This document shows positions 48,250 through 61,914 of a DNA stretch of 64,000 nucleotides, in pieces. How positions within the stretch are numbered: position 1 is the first letter of the stretch; each line of letters opens with the position of its first letter. Origin of the DNA: Eledone cirrhosa (lineage: Eukaryota). The notes beneath the pieces are model-generated. The model was given only the letters and a program-made list of their open reading frames with translations, was not told where the DNA came from and ran no database searches. The translations under genes and the position numbers were made by a program. The stretch spans positions 177,072,001 through 177,136,000 of the forward strand of contig OZ024740.1 in assembly GCA_964016885.1 (NCBI GenBank), given 5' to 3'.

Positions 48250-48496
48250 TTTTTCTGTCTCTGGACTATGCCCATGCTGGAGCATCACCTTGGTATGTTA
48301 TGGGGACGTCAACAAACCAACAAGCATTGGTGGGAGGGCAAACACAAACGCAAAGACACACACAGACATATATGCATATATACGACGGGCTTCTTTTAGT
48401 TTCGATCTATCAAATCCACTCACAGGGCTTTGGTCGGCCCGGGCAGTGAGACTGAACCTGGAAATATGTGGTTGGGAAACAAGCCTCTTGTCACAC

Positions 48497-48500
<4 letters not shown>
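48250..48500 (-). mobile_element. Second SINE-like dispersed repeat
   Basis: ACGACGGGCTTCTTTTAGTTTC..CAAATCCACTCACAGGGCTTTGGTCGGCCCGGG..GACTGAACCTGGAA, with a reverse-strand tRNA-like head. Confidence 0.5.
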
Positions 48501-48558
<58 letters not shown>

Positions 48559-48908
48559 TGTGTGTGTGTGTAATATATATTACACACACACACACACATG
48601 TATATATATATATATATATATAACCTTACACTCTTAAATATAAATGCATGTATATATACAAATGTATAAATGCATAGCTATATACATACGTCAATGTATG
48701 TATGTAGATTTATATATATATATGTATGTATGTATGTAGATTTATATATATATATGTAAGATGTATGGTAGGTCGTATGTGAATTGCGATTTCACGTCTG
48801 ACCTACCAAATATGTGACGGTAGCTAGTTAAGCTGTATGCGTATAATCAGAGCAGAAATATTAATGAAAAAGAAAAAAGGAACTATTATGACATTATAAC
48901 AAGTTTAT

Positions 48909-48955
48909 TGCCGACAGCCGTTTCGTCCGACCATATGGTGGGACTTTTCAAGGCA
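48909..48955 (-). ncRNA. Hammerhead ribozyme with a U3-A8 covariant core
   Basis: TGCC-TTGAAAA-GTCC-C-ACCA(TA)TGGT-C-GGAC-GAAA-C(GGCT)G-TC-GGCA, followed immediately by AATAAA. Confidence 0.8.
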
Positions 48956-50968
48956 TATAACATGTGATTGTAAGTTCATTATTTACATCAACGTATCACT
49001 TAAGACTAGCAGTTTGAAATTGTGGTATACATCAGCAGCTCCGCTTGTATATTTGTGGTCTATATTCTAAGGGGGCTCTTTTATATTAGTTGTCGGAATT
49101 TTAAAAGGGATGGGTTATGGGGAGTTAAGAGAATTTGAAAATGGCCTGAGAGTCAGGGATTGAATGTTAAAAATTAGATAATTTATAATTTACGCATTAA
49201 AAGTAAAAGACTTGGGATCTCGTAGAAGCACCTTAAAAAATCCCTCAATAAGTGCATAAAGCTTACAAGCCCCAATAAACTTAACAAACTAGAAGAAATT
49301 AAGAGACTAATAAAATAAAAAATAAAAAAATTAAGATATAAAGTTTCCCTAAAAACTATAAAGTTTCCCAAGAAGTTCCTTCGAGAGAAGAAAAAAATTT
49401 TTTTTTTTCGAAAGAAAAAAACCTTCTTCCCCAGAGATCTTGTTAAAAAAATTCAAGCTGGAACCGACCCCTACAACAAACAAAGAGGGGACAGCCCTTC
49501 GCATTTGACCAGTCGCGTGTGTGCTTGGAGTTCGTAGTATACCACCCCAGTCAAATTCACACTGGTTTTTTTACCAATATAGCATGTAAACCAATACATC
49601 CTATGCAGCGAGACCTTGGATTTAGAACCGGCAGCGTGCAATCCCCAAAACTAAAAGATCGAACGGACCACACCCAGCAACCACTAGCTATTTGATCCAC
49701 AGGTACATTTCCCAGAGAGTCCACGCAGCTGATAGTGAATCCCAGTTGATTCGTGAACTCTGAACTTTGAAACAAGACCAAATGTGCCTGGAGCTATGCA
49801 GATGACTACATAGGCATAATGGATATCGCGCCCACAAGGTCACCTGTATTATTTATCCTGCTGTATGTGTGTAAAGTATCCGTGCGTGGGATATCCCTGA
49901 GTACATTTTCTTGACTATCAATTGTTAATTGATTGTTTGTTAATTACGCAGGGGTATACCATTATGTCTTTGTTAATCATATGTGATGCTGTATGGGTGT
50001 AAATTATCCGAGAGCGGGATATCCCTGAGCTAATTTTGCTTGACTGTTAATTGTTTATTGATTTTTTGTTAATTAGGCAGGAATATATTATTATGTCTTT
50101 GTTAATCCTGTATCAATAATTTTATAGTAATTTTTTAATCCTGTATCAATAGTTTTATGATAATTTTGTAATAATTTTATAATAATTTTATAATAATTTT
50201 GTGATAATTTTATAATAATTTTTTGATAGTACATTATTAGATTACTGAAGCTACCTTATACCTTCTTAAAAATACATTTTATAATTATTGTCTTTTTGCT
50301 TATGTATTTTCTTACTTATAATTTCCTTTAATCTTGCCCAACTTGATAAGCTCTTTGAATTGCTCCCTAATTAAATTACTTAAATTACTTAAATTATTTT
50401 ATATATTATACCTAAGTTGTATCTGTTGAAGCAGCCCTTTGAAAATTCCTCGGATATCCCAAATAACTTTTAATGTATAATTTTCCCCAATTCGTTTATA
50501 TATATCCTTAAAGGCTCTCTAAAATTTTAATTCTTCGAAGGGTCTCTCGGAGGAGGTTCCTATTAAAAATATTAAAGGGGCCTTTTCTGAGGGGTTTATT
50601 GAAGGCTTTTTGAATTAACATTTAATTGATTAGTTTCTTTCAACTTAGTAGGGATTATCAAAACTTTGTAAATTTTCTGAAATTTTTTAACAAGATCTCT
50701 GGGGAAGAAGGTTTTATTTTAACAGCAAGTCCAGGTCTCGTTATCATTTATTTTTTATCATTTATTTTGTTTTGACCTGTTTAGCTTGATTTGGTTTTTG
50801 ACTTGGGTGGTTAATGCCTTCTTGACCACCTTTTCAGTTTTGTAGGGCTTCTTAACACATTGTTTAGTTCTGGTTTTTAACTATTATGCACTTTGCCAGT
50901 ATAATTTCTGATTTTTGCGTTTCGCTTCGCTGAATCTTTATTTGTATATATATATATATAAATATATG

Positions 50969-51034
<66 letters not shown>

Positions 51035-51039
<5 letters not shown>

Positions 51040-52812
51040 ATACTTTGGGAGGGTCATGTTGCCAATAAGAAACACACGCACCAGTTGCTTTCACTTCAAT
51101 TTATTATAATAAATTTATAAATTTAGGAATTTATAAATTTCCGGTTGGTTGGTTGGTTCCACAACCAGATGATTGTTTATATATTGTCAAAGTTCTTTCG
51201 TCACACATTCTGTGACCTCTTCAGTGACTGGGGATTCTTTTCTTTGTTTGAGTGCCTCTCATTTGTACTGTCCTACGCCATCTTGTGTTTGTGTGTGTTG
51301 TGTGCTTAGTTTGCGCATGTGTTACATCCGGGTGTCTGTGAGTGTTTATATTTGTTTATTTATTTGTTTATTTACATGTTACTGGTTGGTTGTTTGTTCT
51401 ATGTGCGTGTGTGTTTTCATTTTGTCCTTAATTGTAAGTTGTGATGTTGCTGTTCCATTCATATTTTCTATTTAATTTTGGTTGGAGTTCATTTATGTTT
51501 ATTGCCTCTGTGATTTGTCTAAACATTGTGTTTTTTCTGTGTGTAGATTCTATTTTTATTTCTATGTTCTCTAATTTACCCTTATGTTCTATTTTAGCAT
51601 GTTGGTAGAGTACAGATGATTCTTTACTATCTTGAAGGTCTCGCCAGTGTTCATTTATCCGTTCCCCTATACTACGAGCTGTCTCACCTATGTACACTAT
51701 ATTCTTATCTCTACATTGTCCTTCAGTACATCTTATGCTATATACTACATTTCTAGTTTTACAGTTAATATGGGGGCTTAATTTACAGATTATACATTTC
51801 TTATCTATACAGGGAGGTCTTTGAAAAGGGTATGTATTGCTAATAAGTGTTTTTATGGAGGTACCTGGTCTTTCTACTATCTTAACATTGAGTTTATGTT
51901 TATCTAGGGCCTTTCTAAATTTGTAAGCTAATTCACCTCTAGGGGTTGTATCGATGAACATTACACTCTAGTATTTATTGCTATCATACCATGAGTTTAT
52001 TCTATTAACCTTATTCCTAGTTCTTTCTATTATATTCCAAAATTTGCTCCTATACAAGGGGCAGGTCCCATTTGTGTCATTATTTACCATTTTTTCCCAT
52101 TTGGTTCTGGCTCCTCTATATACTCTGATTTTATCTCTCTGATTGTAACCAGAGAACTGCATACGGTGGATGAAGTGTTGTATGTGTCTCTCTAGTTCTT
52201 CGGGGTTGCACATGCGGGACACGTTTCTCATTACCCGTACCAAATCCGCAATCAGTATGTTGATTTTGGTAGGGTCCGAAACAGCTGAGTTTCGGTGGAT
52301 CAGATATTTGGAAGTCATGGGTTTGGCATAATGGGAATGGAGGATTTGTTTTTTGTTATTAATGGTATCTAACCAGAGCCCTGTGTCTAGTACAGGTAAT
52401 CGTAGTACAGGTAGTACAGTAGACTTAAACTTAAACTTAAAGAACAATTAGAAGACCTGATAATGTACTCCCGCTACGTTGATGATATAAACATCAGTCA
52501 GGAATTAGAGAAAAACAATGGAAAGCATCCAGCAAATAGCTAACTCCATCCACCAGAGTATTAGAGTTACTATAGACTACCCAAGCAAACACCCCAACCA
52601 TCGATAACCTCTACTAGACACAGAGCTCTGGTTAGATACCATTAATAACAAAAAACAAATCCGCCATTCCCATTATGCCAAATATCTGATCTACCGAAAC
52701 TCAGCTGTTTCGGACCATACCAAAATCAACATACTGATTGCGGATTTGGTACGGGCGATGAGAAACGTGTTCCGCATGTGCAACCCCAAAGAACTAGAGC
52801 GACACATACAAC
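51035..52812 (-). mobile_element. Penelope-like element (Naiad-like), RT C-terminus and GIY-YIG, with an inverted 5' segment
   Basis: LPVLDT.LW..HYAKPMTSK.LIHRNSA..K..IL..RVMRN..RMQFSGY; FIDTTPRGEL..VKIVERPG..CIDKKCIIC..CKTRNVVYSIRC..YIGETARS..ER.NEH..RQITEA..LNRKYEW. A TAG separates the two ORFs. 52440-52812 on + carries YSRYVDD and an inverted copy of ~52177-52395. Confidence 0.88.
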
Positions 52813-52960
52813 ATATGTGTGTCTTTATGCATGTTTGTATGTTCATGTATGAATACGTGTGTGTGTCTCTGTTTGTGTATGTTTGTGTGTGTACGCGCGC
52901 ATGTGTGTAAATGTTTAAATGTGAATGTATATGAAGAGCAAATGAAAGAAAGGCTAATTA

Positions 52961-53155
52961 AATAATTGTTTCTACTTTTTGCACAAGGCCAGCACTTATC
53001 CCAGTGCTACACTGGTACTTTATTTTATCGACCCCATAAGGATGAAAGACAAAGTTAACCTCGGCGGGATTTGAACTCAAACCGTAAAGGGCCGTAACTC
53101 TATGATGCAAAGCATGGTGTCCGACTCTCTACTGATACTGCCAATCCACCACCTC
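52961..53155 (-). mobile_element. Full-length SINE (further degenerate copies at ~53270-53400, ~53990-54070 and 54130-54280)
   Basis: Family sequence through to the head TGCCAATCCACCACCT. Confidence 0.8.
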
Positions 53156-53472
53156 AATTAAATAAAACTAATATAAACAGATGTAACGGATTGTGGAATT
53201 ACAATAATTGAAAGATTAATTATCTTGTTTTCCGCCTTTTATTATTGATTTCCAATATAAGCAATAGGCCATCAAGTTTAGGCCAATGGCAAAAATAGTT
53301 TAAATCAAACCCAGGGTTTGGCTGGTACTTTATTTCATAACCCCGTAATTATCAAAGGCAAAGTGGACCTCGCTGGGATTTAAATTCATAATGTAAAGAG
53401 CCTAACATATAACAAGTACAGCATTTGCTACAGGACCTGTTTATTCACGGCTCCGCGCTATATTCTTTACAC

Positions 53473-53819
53473 CAACGGTCGCCAACCAGCGGTCCGCGAG
53501 AAAATGTTGGTGATCTGTAGAAAAATTTGGACATTATTTACAATTTTTACGTTTTGATAATAATAAAACAAAATAATATTCGGTTAAAATATATTTTATA
53601 ACTGTTTCTCCTCCGTAAAAAACTAACATCTATGAAATAATTTTGCACATATGTATCATCTATCGACAATATGACACACGTACGCTTCAGTATTGTTTAA
53701 TAAAATGGAAGTTCTCTGATCATTATTTTACAAATGTATTTATCTTTTTAAACACATTCAACGGGATTTAAAATTATGAATTTAGTAGTCCGTGAGGTCC
53801 GAAAGGTTGGTGACCGCTG
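53473..53819. mobile_element. hAT (Charlie/Buster) MITE with a perfect 8-bp TSD
   Basis: TIRs CAACGGTCGCCAACC / GGTTGGTGACCGCTG; TSD CTTTACAC at 53465-53472 and 53820-53827. Confidence 0.92.
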
Positions 53820-54833
53820 CTTTACACTATAGTATTATACTGTTTTTAGCCATCGTGTCACAATTGAAAAAGAATCAAGTATATGCAAGTATATTTACAG
53901 TATATGCTATATACCCCGCTCTAGCAGACTATATACTACATTCACTGTACTAAACTAATATGGCACTGCCTAAATTAGCCGATTATGTTGACCTTAGTAA
54001 TTTAATTTCATCAATATTGAAAGGTTGAACAGCTAAGTTGAATTCAGTGGGGTTTGAACTCGGAACATAAATTGAATAATTGAAGGCATTTTTTCTGATT
54101 GCTTGATTTGAGTGTATATAGTAATGTTAAACGGTAAATTGGTTGAGTCATTAGAACGCCAGACAGAATGTTTTGCGGTATTCGTTTCGACTCTGTTCTC
54201 TGAGTTCAAATCTCACCGAGGCCAACTTTGCCTTTCATCCAATCGATATCGATAAAGCACCAGTCAAGTATTGGGGTCAATTCTTCCTTTATATTTTTTT
54301 CACTTCCATTCCCCTACTTTATATCCTTCTCTAGAAGAAATCTACTGGGTTCAGACCTGGGGAGGAGATGGGCACCGTCAGGTTTAAAAGAAAATGCTCT
54401 AGAAACGACATATGCCAATACGGCGCCCCTACGATTCTCTTAGGAGATACCGGACCATGCCATGACATAGTAATGATGATGAGAGCAGAGGTGCAGGTGA
54501 TTGTTGTGGTGGTCGTCCTGGTAGTGGTGGTGTTTGTGGTGCTAGTGCAGAGGTAGTTGTGGTGACTAGAGGCTGCTGCGATAGGTCAGCGAAAACTAAT
54601 TCTAGGTGATTCGGTCTTAACCAAAAGCAGCAACAAACACTAGCAATAGAAGCTTCAACAAGAAAATCAACTTCAACAAGGCGCTCACTAATATCACATT
54701 TAACTTTTCCAAAGTAAGCGCCACCACGGTTAATATAAACTTAAATACAATCAAAGTAATAGGCAGGTTGGTCACGATTGGAATAACTGGAACAACTTTG
54801 ATCAGAGGTTTGCTCTATAAGAGTTGAATAATC

Positions 54834-54920
54834 TACTGCTGCTACTACTACTGTTACTACTGCAGTTGCTGCTGCCACTACTACGGCTGCTGCTGCTGCT
54901 ACTACTACTACTACTACCAG

Positions 54921-54983
<63 letters not shown>
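54834..54983. repeat. (ACT)n/(GCT)n compound microsatellite
   Basis: Seen directly. Confidence 0.9.
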
Positions 54984-56153
54984 CCATTTCACATTCTTAA
55001 GAAAAAAATTGAAACAAATTGTACGCGGTATAAATTAATATACAAATTAATATATATATATTTCAGGTTCGAGGTAGCCTGTGTGTTGGTAAATACTATG
55101 GCTAAGGCTTTTGTCAGCAAGTAGTGACGCCACGGTTGGAAGAACGACCTGTTGTTCGCCTAGGGACTGTGCTGGTGTCGAAATCGAAATGAGATATGTT
55201 TCGAATTAATTTGAAAAATTAAACAAAACAAACAGAATTGCAAAGGAATACTGAGACAATATGAACATTGAATACGAAGATGTCGCGGTAACTTTCACAT
55301 ATCCTAATCCGCCATCAGCTGGACATTGCAACTTCGGACATAAAGAAACGATTGCATCATATTCCGCCAAGACTGCACAATGACCAATACACACACACAC
55401 ACACACATATATATAATGTAGAAAAGTGATACGCGAGTTGATATATATAAACAAACAGTAAAAAGGAAAATAATACAGCAGAAAATGCTGCAGGGATTTT
55501 TTCAGTATAATATCAAAACATTTATTTATAAAGTAGGGGGAATCCCTATATATATATGTGTATATATATATATACACAGGAATAATGATCCAAATTGAAA
55601 TCTATAGAGATATTGGGATCTACCTTGCTAACCTTTGTGTAAAACCCATACACTTAGGTGTACATTCGTTATACATTACACTTATTACGTTTGTGTTTAT
55701 TTCGTTTGTTATTTTGAATTCATACAGTGGATTTCCTTAAATTCACTTTTCATGACAATTTGATTGCTAATACTTTTTCTTATTATTTATGTTGTAGCCA
55801 TCATTGTTTTCCTTTTTAAACATTTTTAACTTTTTCCCACGAATATCCTTATTCTCGTATATGTCCATTCAAATGCCATTTTATGATTTTGCTTTATTTG
55901 TTTATTCTTATTCATTGTGTGTTACCGTTGCCCTAACAGAGAGAGAGGGAGAGAGAGCGAGAGAGAGAGCGAGAGGGAGCGAGAGAGCGAGAGAGAGAGA
56001 GAGAGAGAGAGAAATAAGAAGAAAGACAGTGGGAGATAGGGTGAGGCTGAGAGAGAGAAAGATTTTGTGTGTATTATTTTTTATTTTCTCAGTGAAAATT
56101 CATTGCTCTAGTCTACTAAAAGGTAACAATAGCCATACGAATTCACGCCCTTT

Positions 56154-56232
<79 letters not shown>

Positions 56233-56522
56233 GATACATAAATAACCCATTTATTTTTGAATGATTTACTTTAATTAGAGAACTCGAACACTATTCAAAT
56301 TTGTCTTTATCAACCTCAATATTTTAGCTTCTGAAAAGTGTACAGAATAATAAGCGTCAGGCAAAAGAAAGGGAAGAAAGAAAGAAAAAACTGAAACATC
56401 ACTTGAATATAAAACACTAATAAATATTTCCAGTTTTTATTTTTTGTTGTATGGAGAGGACAAGCCTATATGGATACACACTAACCTTTCCCAGAACAAA
56501 CCCATCTCTTTCTCACTCTCTC

Positions 56523-56656
<134 letters not shown>

Positions 56657-56836
56657 AAAAAGTATGACCCCGACGGCAGAACTCAAGCCGTTTCGACGGC
56701 TATTTCTGGACACTTTTTCCTATTTCCCACTCTACTACCCTAAGTTTTGAGTACTCTGGTGCGTTATGGTCCATCTGGTTCCTTACCACAATTCATTTGT
56801 TATATAGATATATATATAGAGATATATATATGTATA

Positions 56837-56955
<119 letters not shown>

Positions 56956-57098
56956 ATATATATACACACACAAACACACATATATATATATATATATATA
57001 TTTATCGATTTGCTCTACGGTTTTATATATTTTATATATATATTATCCTTATCGAGTCCTCTCCGGATTTTAGTCTTCACATTTATCATTATTACTAT

Positions 57099-57239
<141 letters not shown>

Positions 57240-58012
57240 CGAGACATCACAACGGAAAAACAAACCTTCCATCTCAATTTAACTTTTGATAATTATATAA
57301 GTGTGAAACTGGTAAAATAAATAAATATTCTTAAAAGACACACATACGTATGTGTGTGTGTGTATATATATATATATACATATGTATACATATATATACA
57401 TATACATACATACGTGTGTGCTTGTGTGTGTCTTTGTGTGCATACATATATAAATAATTATACGTATGAAATGTTGACCTCAGAATCTCTATCTATCTGT
57501 GGTGCTGTGTCTGTCTATCTGCCTCTGACCCTCTAGCTGGCCCTTTATTAACACACGTACGCAAGCACATATACACACTAAAACACCGACGAACACATAT
57601 GTATCCAAATATATCTCATGGAGTCTAAGCGTATCTCTCTCTCTCTGTCTCTCACTGTACACACACATACACACATACACACCAACACGCACACACACAC
57701 ACATACATACATACATATATATATATATATATCCGCGTCTCTTTCTTCCTGGTCTTTTTTAAATCTCAAGTGTTCAAACCACTATAAACTCAGGCATGCA
57801 TTTAATATATTCCGGCATGTATAAATCCAAATAGATAAAAAAGGAAAAAATATGTTATATATTATACACACACATATATGTATATAAATGTATATATATA
57901 TTTTAGACATACATACTCAATGCGATAGGAAACCGCAGGAAAATAAATAAAAAATAACAACATATATACATTCATATATGTCTGTATTTATTTCTGTATG
58001 TATGTTTGTGTG

Positions 58013-58079
<67 letters not shown>

Positions 58080-58702
58080 GAAATAAACATTAAGGTAAAA
58101 GCATAAGTTTCTGATAGGGGATATTTATTGTGAGCATTGGAAGAAAGCATTGTTTCTTTTGGAGTTAATGTTTATTTGCAACACGTCCAGTTGAATCCAT
58201 TGTTAAGCAAACAATATAGTTTTATATCAAACTGCACACAATGTAACTTTCTTAACTCACGCGTCATATAAAACAAATATAACCGAGCTGGTTACAATTG
58301 TAAAAGAAAAAGAAAACCCATCAACAACTACAAAAATAACATCATTAACAACAACATTGACAGCATCAACATTAGCGACAGTAACAACAACAGAAAACAC
58401 CACAACCACAACAATAAAAATAATAATAAGAAAAACAAGAAAAATGTCTTTATTTGCCATACGGGCAACGTGAACACAAAACATTCAGGACATAAATAGA
58501 AAGTGTACACCCACCAAAAATATTCATACATTCACACACACATACACGCACACACACACACACACATATATATATCATATATGATATATATGTGTACACA
58601 CACACAGACATATATATATATACATATACATTTCAAAACATACTTACTTGTCATCATACTTGCTAAGAATGTAGCTTCTAATTTGAATGGAAGGAGATGG
58701 GT

Positions 58703-58773
58703 GATGTGTTGGTGTAATGGTAGCACAGTGGTCTGGATAACCAAAGATGTGGGTTCGACTCCCATGTACGTCA
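58703..58773 (+). tRNA. tRNA-like cloverleaf (nominal anticodon GGA, short variable loop); probably a pseudogene or TE-borne
   Basis: Acceptor GATGTGT/GTACGTC, D arm GTGT(AATGGTA)GCAC, anticodon arm GTGGT(CTGGATA)ACCAA, T arm GTGGG(TTCGACT)CCCAT; T5 run downstream. Confidence 0.55.
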
Positions 58774-59353
58774 ATACTCATCTTTTTCCATTTCTCTGAC
58801 TAAAATTTCTTTAGTCAAAACATACGGTGAAAGCTTCCATTTTCTAATTTCAAACTTGCTCGCTGTTTCAAAACATACTTACTTATATACATACATATAT
58901 GTTTATATGTATACATATATATAACGGCACAGTACATGGAGAAATATATTAGTTTAACACTTGAAATAACAGAAGAGAGTTTAACGTTTCGGACACTAGT
59001 TCTTTATCAAAAATAGAGTTAGAAATAGAAGATAAATCGGAAGTAAAGAGTGATAAGAGGAAGGAACGGGGAGAAAAAAAAACGCATGTACGTATTCAGT
59101 CGGCCATCTTGGAGAAGTATATATATATATGTGTGTGTGTATATATTTATTTTATTTATATATATATATATGATTCACAAAAATCATACATGACAAATAC
59201 AACGTAAAAAACCTGGGCAAACCCCGATATCGCCAGCCCACTAGTGAACATCATTATGTGATTCGAAAGGTGGAACCATTCAAAACCAGCGTAACAATAC
59301 AAACAAAACGACAAAATATTTTAACAGAGGCCAGAGTGAATATTTTCGTCTAA

Positions 59354-60990
59354 ATCATCATCATCATCATCGTTTGACGTTTATCTTCCACGCTATCATG
59401 GGTTAGCTGAGTTTGCCCACTTGAGGCAGGTTGTGTCAGCTGACTGTGTCTCGCTCATGTAGGATTGTTTCTGGCTGGTTTTCTACGGCTGGATATCTTT
59501 CCTAACGCCAACCACATTTACAGTGTGTGCTGGGTCCTTTTTACCGTGTCTCCTACACGACCACTTTACAGTGTGGGCTGGGTGCTTTTTTCGTGACACC
59601 TACACGACCACTTTAAAATGTGGGCTGGATGTTTTGTGGTACTAACTTTACAGGGTGGGAGGGAGGTGTAGGGGTGCGGTGTATATTGGATTAAGAGGTG
59701 CCTACTGAGTGTAGGTTTAAGTTCGTACGTAAGGTCTTCTGTATTACTGCATAGTGTCAAAGATCTCGATCCTGTGACATTGTCTTAGAGAGGTGCAAGT
59801 GTGCAAGGTCAGCTTTTATGACCACGTCCCAGGTTTTTCTGGGTCTAACTACTCTGTAGCTGCCATCAATTTTAATCGCCCTGCACTTTTTTTATACAGC
59901 TGTCGTCCTTCATGCGCATCACATGACCATACTAACAAAATCTCCTATCAAGTAAACTGCATCTGATCCCTCTTATTCCTAATTTCTCACTCAGTTCGTT
60001 AATGTTTTGCCGTTCCTGTATATTACTATTACACATCAAACGGATGTTCCTTTCAAATCTTCGCAGATCCTCAGCACACAATACCCAGGTCTCACTACCA
60101 TGTAACATTGTTGTTCGTATACATGCATCACACAATCCGCTTTCATTTTTAGAGAGAAACCTTTTGTGGCCAACAGTGGCATTAGCTCTCTGAACCTTTT
60201 CCATCCCGTTCTAATCTGGTTTCAGAACACCCTCCTCCACTCCTGATTTTGTCACCCAGGCAACGGAAAGTGTCAACTATTTCTATAGAATCATCTGGGC
60301 TGTTGAAGGAGCTAGTATCCAGTGGGCACTTTCTACTTACTGCACCTGAGCATTGGCCACTTTGATAGCTGGCCTGTTATCCCACTACATATTTGATGGG
60401 CCCATAGCTTGCATTTGGAACATAGAACGGAATTTTTACCTACGCCTTTCCTAGATACTGAGCAAGGCTATTTCCCAGAGAGCACATGTGCCCTATTTTC
60501 CTTTCTACATAGTACAAGTTTAGTCTGAGAAAAGTTAAATTTAAGGCCTTTTGATTCTATGCCAAGCTTCCTTGTTTGGAATTTCTTCTCTAGTTCTGCC
60601 TTAGATTCAGCTATGAGAGTCAGATCATCTGCATATAGAAGTTCCCATCGGCAGCCAGTCTTAAAAACGGCTGTTATAGCCTGTAGGGCAATAATGAATA
60701 GGAGAGGGCTAAGGACGGAGCCTTGGTGAACAACTACTTTTAGGCTAAATTCTTCATTGTTAATTCTAACCTTGTTCACTGTTCCTCTATACATGGCTTG
60801 TATAGCTTTCACAAACCACTCATCTACTCCTAGTTTTCTAAGGGCCCACCAGATAATGGAGCGAAGGACTCTGTCAAAGGCTTTCTTCAAGTCAACAAAA
60901 GCTAAGTAGAGGAGTTTATTTTTAGTTAGGTTTAATTTTAGCAAGTAAATTGCAAAAGGTTTTTTGTACAACTCAGAGTGCTTCAAATTG
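59354..60990 (-). mobile_element. RTE-clade LINE, 5'-truncated and degenerate
   Basis: LYLAFVDLKKAFDRV..VHQGSVLSPLLF..WELLYADDL (60468-60986); CIRTTMLHGSETW (59932-60204); (GAT)n tail at ~59355-59371; ~50-bp tandem repeats in the 3' UTR. Confidence 0.88.
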
Positions 60991-61118
60991 AAACCGAAAA
61001 GTGTGCAACAAGTTAATCATGTGTAATACTGGAGAGGAAATTAATAAATTCGGTCGTTAATTCTGAGACGAGACAATAGAGATGTTGATAGTAAGATTGA
61101 TGGCATGTGTGTGTGTAA

Positions 61119-61225
<107 letters not shown>

Positions 61226-61281
61226 CGGAAAAAATGAAACGAAATTTCATTTCTCACTCTTAGTACGGCTGTTACTTAAAT

Positions 61282-61914
61282 ATAAGTATGTATACGTACA
61301 TACATATATATATACAGACGTACAGTAGTATGTATATATATATACATACATGCACACATATATATATGTACGTATGGATTCACCGAACATTTATTATAAT
61401 GCTCGATGTGTTTGTAAACAAACATCCCGAATTAAGCCGTACAGTGTCTAGCAACCATCGTTGCTCATTTGTTCAACCCTGACAAAGGAACGCTGTACTA
61501 GTTTCAAGCTTATTATCTATCGTCAGCAACGTTTATCGTTTTCGTTTTCGGTACCCCGGCCGATTAACTCACTCGATATGCAAATTAGGCTGCTCAGCCG
61601 TTAATATGCATAAGGAAAGTATATACTTCCAGACGTTCAATCATCTGGCAGGAAGGTATACGTTGCTGGCTATAGCTAATAAGCTTGAAACTAGTACAGC
61701 GTTCCTTTGTCAGGGTTGAACAAATGAGCAACGACGGTTGCTAGACACTGTACGGCTTAATACGGGATGTTTGTTTACAAACACACCGAGCATTATAATA
61801 AATGTTCGGTGAATCCATACGTACATATATGTATGTGTGCATGTATGTATATATATATATACATACTACTGTACGTCTGTATACATATATGTATGTACGT
61901 ATACATACTTACAT
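61282..61914. mobile_element. Non-coding fold-back element with ~250-bp arms, each starting with an outward-facing hammerhead
   Basis: ~61282-61533 is the near-perfect reverse complement of 61660-61914. Minus strand AACGTTG-CTGACGA-T-AGAT(AATA)AGCT-T-GAAA-C(TA)G-TA-CAGCGTT at 61489-61533. Confidence 0.85.

Noticed and set aside
51962-51970. Possible selenocysteine read-through in the Naiad-like ORF
   Set aside because: The interrupting stop is TAG, not TGA; probably a GAG-to-TAG mutation.
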